DNA from: a virus
Taxonomy: Duplodnaviria > Caudoviricetes
Virus record (IMG/VR): IMGVR_UViG_3300008267_000069
Location: 1 to 60,812 of that record
DNA length: 60,812 nt
Strand: one strand, 5' to 3'
The translations under genes and the position numbers were made by a program. Shown piece after piece: positions 54,674 through 60,812 of this stretch. Within the stretch, counting starts at the first letter, position 1, and each line of letters starts with the position of its first letter. The notes below the pieces were generated by a model. That model worked only from the letters and a program-made list of their open reading frames with translations. It did no database searches and was not told where the DNA came from.

Positions 54674-56353
54674 ATGGCAGCCAGCCACGTCACAATCTCA
54701 GCGTTTCTGGAGCTGCGGGACCATATGTCCGCAGGTGTGCGGGCTGTTTCGTCTGAGATCGACCGGCTGAACCGTGCTGCTAGGGATGCGGAAGATGCTA
54801 TCCGCCGGATGAGGATGGCCACAAGGTTTAGGCCGCCTCCCGGCCCGCCTGCTCCTCCTGGGCGCGGCACTCCTGGCGCTCCGGATCGAGGCGGTCGCGG
54901 TAGTGTGTTTGGGGATGTCCTTCGCGCCAATCTGGCAGTGGATGCGCTAGAGGCCGGCATTTCGGTTGCAATTAGCGGCATGTCGCAGTTGCTGAAGTAC
55001 AGCGTCAAGGTTGGGCAAGAGTACGAGAACACTCAGTTGCGGATCGCCAACACGCTCACCAGCATGAACTTGGCACCTACGGTTCAGACTGCGGCAGCGG
55101 GTGCGACTGATGTGATGAGCAAACTGCGCGAGATGGCAGCCAAGCTGCCAGGTGAGGCCAAGGACTACTACCAAGTTTTCGCGCAGGGTCTGCCTAACGC
55201 TGTTGCCTCGGGCATGACCGACATCAAGAAGTACACCGACTTCGCTGCTCGTTACACGGCCACCGCCATCTCATTTGGCGTGGATGCCCCGCAGGCGGGC
55301 CGCGACCTATCCGAAATGCTGCGCGGGGTGGCGACTGCTCGCACCAAGACCTTCCAAGAACTTCGCACGTTCATTGGCATGACGGCCAAGGAATTCAACA
55401 AGCTGGCACCTGAGCAGAAGATGGCCACGCTGGAATCGGCCGTCAAGAAGGCCGGCGGCGGAATGTCCATGGCGGCTGAGACGGCCAACGCCAAGTTCGG
55501 TGAGTTGAAGTCGCGTGTGGACGAGATCTTCATTGTCGGAGGCAAGCCGTTCTTTGAAGGCGTCAAGTCGGCTGTTTCGGATCTGAACTTCTGGCTGGAT
55601 AAAAACAAAGCCAAGATCTTGGAAGTTGCTGAGACTGTTTCCAGCACGCTTGGGCGCGCCTTTCGCGGCATTGAGACGATTGTTGAGTCCATCGGCAACA
55701 AACTGTTGGGCATGGGGATTGGTGCTGGTCGAACCAAGATCGCTGAAATGTCATACAAGCAAGCAGATGTTCGCCGCGAGCAGGTGCGTCGATTGCTGTC
55801 ACAGTCGTTTGGCGCGGCTGACATCTCGCCGCACAAGTGGCTTGAGCGCACCATGCTGTCTGGCGAGTACCAGCAGTTGACTGATCGAATGTCTGAAATT
55901 GATAAGGCGACTCGCCGGGTTGCAGAGACTCGGCAACGGTTCAAAGAACGAGAACTTGGCTATCAGACTCAATTTGAGGGAAGGACTACACCCCCTGAGG
56001 TCAAGCTGCTCTCCCGCTGGAAGGCAGGCTTCTTTGAAGATGCGGAGCGCATGGGGTTCGACTCAGCCAAGGAGGCGTTTGATCGTTACGCTGAGTCGCT
56101 GGGTGTGACCGAGAAGGGCCGCTTTGATCTCTGGCAGGAGTTGGTCAAGAAGGGTGCCATTGAGATTCCGACCGGCGCGCTGGCCACCCGCGAGGTCAAC
56201 GTCAACTTCAACAACAACCGCTTTGACATTCGACAGGCGTTTGCGGAGGGGTTTGATCCTGACCGAATCGCGGTGGCCTTTGCATCGGACCTTGGGCGGC
56301 TGGGCGAGTTCCAGATGCAGTCGGCTCTGGCTCCTTACGCCAGCGTGAACTAA
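54674..56353 (+). CDS. Tape measure protein
   Basis: Helical Ala-rich 559 aa after the chaperones; AAKLPG... Confidence 0.8.
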   Translation: MAASHVTISAFLELRDHMSAGVRAVSSEIDRLNRAARDAEDAIRRMRMATRFRPPPGPPAPPGRGTPGAPDRGGRGSVFGDVLRANLAVDALEAGISVAISGMSQLLKYSVKVGQEYENTQLRIANTLTSMNLAPTVQTAAAGATDVMSKLREMAAKLPGEAKDYYQVFAQGLPNAVASGMTDIKKYTDFAARYTATAISFGVDAPQAGRDLSEMLRGVATARTKTFQELRTFIGMTAKEFNKLAPEQKMATLESAVKKAGGGMSMAAETANAKFGELKSRVDEIFIVGGKPFFEGVKSAVSDLNFWLDKNKAKILEVAETVSSTLGRAFRGIETIVESIGNKLLGMGIGAGRTKIAEMSYKQADVRREQVRRLLSQSFGAADISPHKWLERTMLSGEYQQLTDRMSEIDKATRRVAETRQRFKERELGYQTQFEGRTTPPEVKLLSRWKAGFFEDAERMGFDSAKEAFDRYAESLGVTEKGRFDLWQELVKKGAIEIPTGALATREVNVNFNNNRFDIRQAFAEGFDPDRIAVAFASDLGRLGEFQMQSALAPYASVN

Positions 56354-56363
56354 GGAGTGAGTC

Positions 56364-57584
56364 GTGGCTGTGGTTCAGAACGAGGCGGGATCACTCACGC
56401 TGGCCGAGGAGGGCGGCGGCACGCTGAAGCTGACTCAGCGGGCGCTGCCGTATATGCCTCTGTCGATCTCGGGCAAGCAGCGCGCTGAGTTCAACTGGTA
56501 TCCTGGCAACCCGCAGGCCACGGTTCAGATGCTGGGTCCGGAAGAGCAGACGATCACGCTCAAGGGCTTCTGGAAGGACAAGTTCATTCAGGGAACGACT
56601 GCGGCGCAGTTCATTAGTGCTGAAGTCAATGCGCTTAGGGCTGCGCTTTCTACCAACTCCACGACATCTGCTTCTGTGCGCGATGTCGCCTCGCTTGTCA
56701 AGATCGTGGACAACATGCGCCGGATGGGTCGGCGGATCGTGCTGCAATGGGACAAGCTGATCCGCTACGGCCACATCATCGGGTTCACCCAGACGTGGCA
56801 CACCCCGCACTACTGCGAGTGGGAACTTGAGTTCGCTGTGGCTGCTCTGGAGGAGCCGAGGGTCGCCGCCAGCACTCCCAACCAGACCAACCTGGGGGAT
56901 GCGGCCGTGCAGGCTGCTGAGTGGGCGAAGGAGCTTGAGCGGGCGAAGGTGGCCTACAAGCCGGCGACGGTGGTGCTGGCTCCTGAGGTGTTGAAGGCGC
57001 TGAATGAGTTTGAGAACAACTGCATTCGGACCTCCAACTACATCGGCGGCGGCGCTTCCTATGTGGCGCAGGCCATCTCCCTTGGCCCCAACATCACGCG
57101 CTCGGTGATCTCCTCGCTGGCTGGCGTAGGAACCAATGCGGTGACCGCAGCAGGTGCGGTGTTTGACGTGGCGCTCACTGAGGTGTTTGCGATTGGCACG
57201 TTCACCGCAGCCGGTGTGAGTCTGGTGACGGGTGAAACCAACTCGTTCCGCGAGGACAGCCTGCCGTTTGGCGTCCAGCTTGGAGCGGCCAGCTACCAGC
57301 GTGGGCTGAAGAACCAGTGCCAGACGATTGCCTACAGCACGGCAGTCACCCGCTGGGCCATGCAGCAGCAGCTTCAGGATGAACTGAAGGCGTCCTTTAC
57401 GGCCAAGCAGGATATGGATCTGCGGGACGTGTCCACGCAGTTCTACGGCACTCCGGACAACTGGCGCGATCTGCTGATCTACAACGGCCTGACTTCTAGC
57501 CGACTGACGGCAGGGCAGTTGATCTGGGTGCCGCAGCAGGGCTACTCAGCGGGTGCTGGGTTTACGCAGGGAGGAGGCTACTGA
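56364..57584 (+). CDS. Tube initiator/baseplate protein with C-terminal LysM-like domain
   Basis: YPGNP...QMLG; LRDVSTQFYGTPDNWRDLLIYNGL...GQLIWVP. Confidence 0.75.
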   Translation: MAVVQNEAGSLTLAEEGGGTLKLTQRALPYMPLSISGKQRAEFNWYPGNPQATVQMLGPEEQTITLKGFWKDKFIQGTTAAQFISAEVNALRAALSTNSTTSASVRDVASLVKIVDNMRRMGRRIVLQWDKLIRYGHIIGFTQTWHTPHYCEWELEFAVAALEEPRVAASTPNQTNLGDAAVQAAEWAKELERAKVAYKPATVVLAPEVLKALNEFENNCIRTSNYIGGGASYVAQAISLGPNITRSVISSLAGVGTNAVTAAGAVFDVALTEVFAIGTFTAAGVSLVTGETNSFREDSLPFGVQLGAASYQRGLKNQCQTIAYSTAVTRWAMQQQLQDELKASFTAKQDMDLRDVSTQFYGTPDNWRDLLIYNGLTSSRLTAGQLIWVPQQGYSAGAGFTQGGGY

Positions 57585-59425
57585 TGACAACTCCTCTGGG
57601 CGTGACCTACTACCCGTCCTGTCTGGTCAATCTTCGGATCAAGTTTGATGAGGCGTATACCGCACCTCAGACGATTCCTTCGTACAATCCGAATACGGTG
57701 CCTGCTCCGATTGTGAACCTGCCGGCACAAGGCGCCATGGTGGTCAACGCGGAGGCCAACAAGACCGGCAGCCATGTGCTGGGGCGGGTGCCGCTCAAGG
57801 CCAGCGTTGAGTTGCAGGGTGTGCGGAAGCCAGGGAAGTTCACGCTGACCTTTGACTACCGAGTGCTGCCGATTGATCCGCGACTGATCCGCTCAACGGC
57901 AGTTGAGATCTACATGGACTCGGTGCAGGCCAACAACTTCGCGGCTGGCGTGGTGGGTCCGACGATTCCCAACGAGACGCGGACCTCTCAGATCACGGCA
58001 GCGCAGCGGCTGTCGGCTCTCAAGCCCAGCGTGGACAACCTGGTCTTGCAGGGGCTGGTGGATAGCTGGCGGGTGGAGCATTCAGCATCTGGCAGCATTG
58101 CCATCCTAGAAGGCCGGGACATGGTTGGGATGTTTTTGAACACCCCGATCACGCCTGAGATGGTGGCTGGGCTGAAGTTGGATCAGCGGATCGACTCTGT
58201 TGTCAGGGACATCGCCCACAAGATCAATGGGTGGGCTGAGAAGTTGAATGTGACGGCAGCGCCTTCAGAAGCATGGCCGAATGCAACCGTGCCGCAGTTG
58301 GCCAAGCTGACTGAGTTGGATGTGAGCGTGCCTCGGGTGCGGATCAGTGCCAAGACGGGAAAGATCCTGCGGCGCTCCCCAGGCTCCAAGACGGACAAGC
58401 TGAACTTCTGGGATCTCATCACCCGATACTGCGGGCTGGTGGGGGCTGTTCCCTACTTCACGGTGCAGCCGGTGGCCAATGCAGGGCCGGAAAACTCTCA
58501 GTACCTTCCTACGATCATGATCGCCCCGCAGCGGTCTCTGTACGACAACCTTGCGCTGAATGACAGCAACGTCCCGGCTCCTTTTGCGGGCGGCGCCGTG
58601 CGTACAGATGACCAGGGTCGACAGTTCAAGGTGCGCCGCCTCATGTTCGGTCGGAACATTGAGGACTTGAACATTGAACGGAAGTTTCAAGGTGTCACGG
58701 CTCGCGCTGTGCGGGTGATCTGCTACAACACCAGCAGCAGGGAGCGTGGACCTGCTCGACTGCTGCAAGCCATCTCGACGGATCGCAAGACCTATGCAGA
58801 GTTACAAGGCGTTGCGGTTGCCAAGGACACGGATGCCGCTGGGCGGTCAGGCGTCATGCCCAGCGGCGAGTACGGGGCCAAGGACGTGATGACCGTTCAG
58901 GTCAACGGCGTCAAGGATCAAGTGCAGCTCCAACTCATCGCGGACGGACTCTACAACGAGATCATGCGGGGCGAGACGGGCGGCAACGTCAAGACGCGCA
59001 GCTTGTCCTCGTTTGGGGCTGGCAACGAGGATCCGGACCTGATCCGAATCCGCCCCATGGATGGCATCTCCATCATGGTGGACTCGCGACTGCTCTCGGA
59101 TCGTGCCCCCAGCGTCAGCCCGCTTAATGCTGAATGGCAGGCGGGTGCTAATGAGTGGGAAGCGCAATTGCGGCGTGAGCTGGGCGACGAGAACTTGGCG
59201 CGTTCCATCGTGGCCACGACCCGCAACAGCCTTGTGGAGTACCACACCACCTATCGGGTCAACGCTGTTCGGTTTGATTGGGACGTGAAATCAGGCATCT
59301 CGCTGGCGCTGGACTTCCACAACTACGTCATTCCGCGCAACAGTATCTACCCGACGCTGCCGACGGGCACGCCGGCACAGACCCGTAGCGGTTCGGTCGC
59401 AGTGCCGTCAGTGAGGGGCACCTAG
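57584..59425 (+). CDS. Baseplate hub protein
   Basis: LQGLVD...LEGRD, FGRNIEDL; synteny. Confidence 0.7.
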   Translation: MTTPLGVTYYPSCLVNLRIKFDEAYTAPQTIPSYNPNTVPAPIVNLPAQGAMVVNAEANKTGSHVLGRVPLKASVELQGVRKPGKFTLTFDYRVLPIDPRLIRSTAVEIYMDSVQANNFAAGVVGPTIPNETRTSQITAAQRLSALKPSVDNLVLQGLVDSWRVEHSASGSIAILEGRDMVGMFLNTPITPEMVAGLKLDQRIDSVVRDIAHKINGWAEKLNVTAAPSEAWPNATVPQLAKLTELDVSVPRVRISAKTGKILRRSPGSKTDKLNFWDLITRYCGLVGAVPYFTVQPVANAGPENSQYLPTIMIAPQRSLYDNLALNDSNVPAPFAGGAVRTDDQGRQFKVRRLMFGRNIEDLNIERKFQGVTARAVRVICYNTSSRERGPARLLQAISTDRKTYAELQGVAVAKDTDAAGRSGVMPSGEYGAKDVMTVQVNGVKDQVQLQLIADGLYNEIMRGETGGNVKTRSLSSFGAGNEDPDLIRIRPMDGISIMVDSRLLSDRAPSVSPLNAEWQAGANEWEAQLRRELGDENLARSIVATTRNSLVEYHTTYRVNAVRFDWDVKSGISLALDFHNYVIPRNSIYPTLPTGTPAQTRSGSVAVPSVRGT

Positions 59426-59427
59426 CC

Positions 59428-60093
59428 ATGCTGCGCTCTCGCGTCTCCTCCAGCATTGATACGGCCCGCCTCTCCAATGCGGTCTCCCGCCCTGGCATCG
59501 ATCCGCGCATCTGGGTCAGCTATGCGGTGCTGACCAGCGAGCCGTACATCGAGGACGTGGAAGGCCAGCAGGACATCGTTGTGGATATCCAACTCATGCC
59601 GGTTGGGGATCAAGAGACGGCACGGGTGGGGGCGATCTACGCTGGCAACGGGTTCGGGTTCTACACGCCGCTGCATGAGGGAGATGAGGTGCTGGTCTGC
59701 GCTCCCTCGGGTGATCCCGACGAGGGGCTGGTGGTGATGCAGCGCCTCTGGTCGCCGGCTGATCCGCCTCCGCAGGAGGTCTACGACAACCCGGACGACG
59801 TGACCTTGGTGGTGCAGCCGGGGCGCAACCTGCGGATCAGCGTCAAGGGCGAGGGCAACGTCACGATTGCGGCTGCGGACGGCAAGGTGAAGTTGGGCAG
59901 CGAGGACGCCACTCAGGGCGTGGCTCGGCTGGATGATGCGGTAACGGCAGGCGATACTCCTGTCACGGGCATGGCGGCATGGATCGCCTTTGTCAACAGC
60001 GCGCTCACGACGCTTGGCGCAGTCGTGCCGCCGGGAGCGCCCTCCGACTTTGGCAAGATCAGCGCAGCTTCTGAGAAGGTGGTGGCATCGTGA
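59428..60093 (+). CDS. Baseplate spike (gpV/gp5 OB-fold-like)
   Basis: AGNGFGFYTPLHEGDEVLV...GD, VARLDD. Confidence 0.8.
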   Translation: MLRSRVSSSIDTARLSNAVSRPGIDPRIWVSYAVLTSEPYIEDVEGQQDIVVDIQLMPVGDQETARVGAIYAGNGFGFYTPLHEGDEVLVCAPSGDPDEGLVVMQRLWSPADPPPQEVYDNPDDVTLVVQPGRNLRISVKGEGNVTIAAADGKVKLGSEDATQGVARLDDAVTAGDTPVTGMAAWIAFVNSALTTLGAVVPPGAPSDFGKISAASEKVVAS

Positions 60094-60812
60094 GCGGCTA
60101 CGGCACACAGATTTATGGTGTGGGGTCTTGGGGATTGAATGGCTCCTCGCTGCCTGTCGCGGGCGCTATGGCTTACGCCGTGGGCGACCGAAAGGTGCGG
60201 GTCATTCTGGACTCAGAGCCGCAGCACTCAGGCAGCACGCTGACCGGAGACGCTCTGAATCCTCGCACCTGGACGATTACGGAGCCTGCAACTGGCAAGG
60301 TCTGGACGGTCATGTCCGTGGCCATGGTGGACAAGTTCACCTATGACCTTGTGACGCTGGAGATCTTTCCCGACCACTTTGGCTCGCTGGAACTAGAAAC
60401 CACGACGCTGATTGCGATCACGGGGCTGCCGTTTCCGACGATCACTGAGACGTTTACTGGCGCGTATCTGGACGCCAACAGCACCGACCAGAAGCGCACC
60501 ACGGCTCGCGGCTACTCGCCCAAGGACTTGGCCAACGTCCAGACGCCCTTTGAGGATTTGGTCGGCGGCACTCTCCAGATCGAGTCTGGGGGCGATTACG
60601 CCTCCATGAGCGGGGATGCCTTGGTTCGCAAGCTGATCCTGCGACGGCTGATCTCCAAGCGAGGCGACTTCTTCCATCTGCCTGAGTACGGGGCAGGACT
60701 GCGCGAGAAGGAGCCGGTGCCGACGGTGGACTTGCGGAAGATTGCGGTTCAGATTGAGCAGCAGGTGGCGCTGGAAAGGGAAGTGTCTGAGGTGCGGGCC
60801 AGCCTGACCTAT
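60090..60812 (+). CDS. Baseplate wedge protein with gp25/GPW-like domain (3' end runs off the window)
   Basis: GTGA overlap; hand translation ...LILRRLISKRGDFFHLPEYGAGL... Confidence 0.7.
   Translation, partial: MSGYGTQIYGVGSWGLNGSSLPVAGAMAYAVGDRKVRVILDSEPQHSGSTLTGDALNPRTWTITEPATGKVWTVMSVAMVDKFTYDLVTLEIFPDHFGSLELETTTLIAITGLPFPTITETFTGAYLDANSTDQKRTTARGYSPKDLANVQTPFEDLVGGTLQIESGGDYASMSGDALVRKLILRRLISKRGDFFHLPEYGAGLREKEPVPTVDLRKIAVQIEQQVALEREVSEVRASLTY

Overview
A 60.8 kb, GC-rich (about two-thirds G+C by eye) piece of a tailed dsDNA bacteriophage genome with a contractile (myovirus-type) tail. It is truncated at both ends and arranged as two divergent arms. The left arm (minus strand, 1-17.8 kb) carries replication and recombination genes: gp32-like SSB, UvsY-like mediator, family A DNA polymerase with an N-terminal UDG-like domain, primase, DnaB-like helicase, initiator-like HTH protein, denV-like glycosylase, UvsW-like helicase and a sigma factor. 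It also has an XF1762/Mom-like gene and a cluster of small early genes. A compositionally odd block at about 14.8-19.0 kb probably contains the genome terminus or packaging site. The right arm (plus strand, 19.1-60.8 kb) encodes terminase, portal, head morphogenesis, scaffold, major capsid, neck, sheath, about 15 kb of fibre/adhesin genes, endolysin, tRNA-Ala(UGC), tail tube, frameshifted chaperone, tape measure and baseplate. No integrase, repressor or CRISPR array was seen. The most interesting signals are mostly non-coding: (1) a 93-bp structured origin-like element present twice in inverted orientation, inside the initiator gene and in the head module; (2) a GCGCC-NNAN-GGCGC hairpin 11-15 nt before the start codon of at least 11 left-arm genes; (3) a ~320-nt structured RNA candidate after the capsid gene; (4) a G7 tract that frameshifts the Mom-like gene; (5) tandem sigma54-type promoters; (6) four tandem paralogous micro-proteins in the head module. 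All product calls come from motif recognition and synteny by eye; no searches were run.
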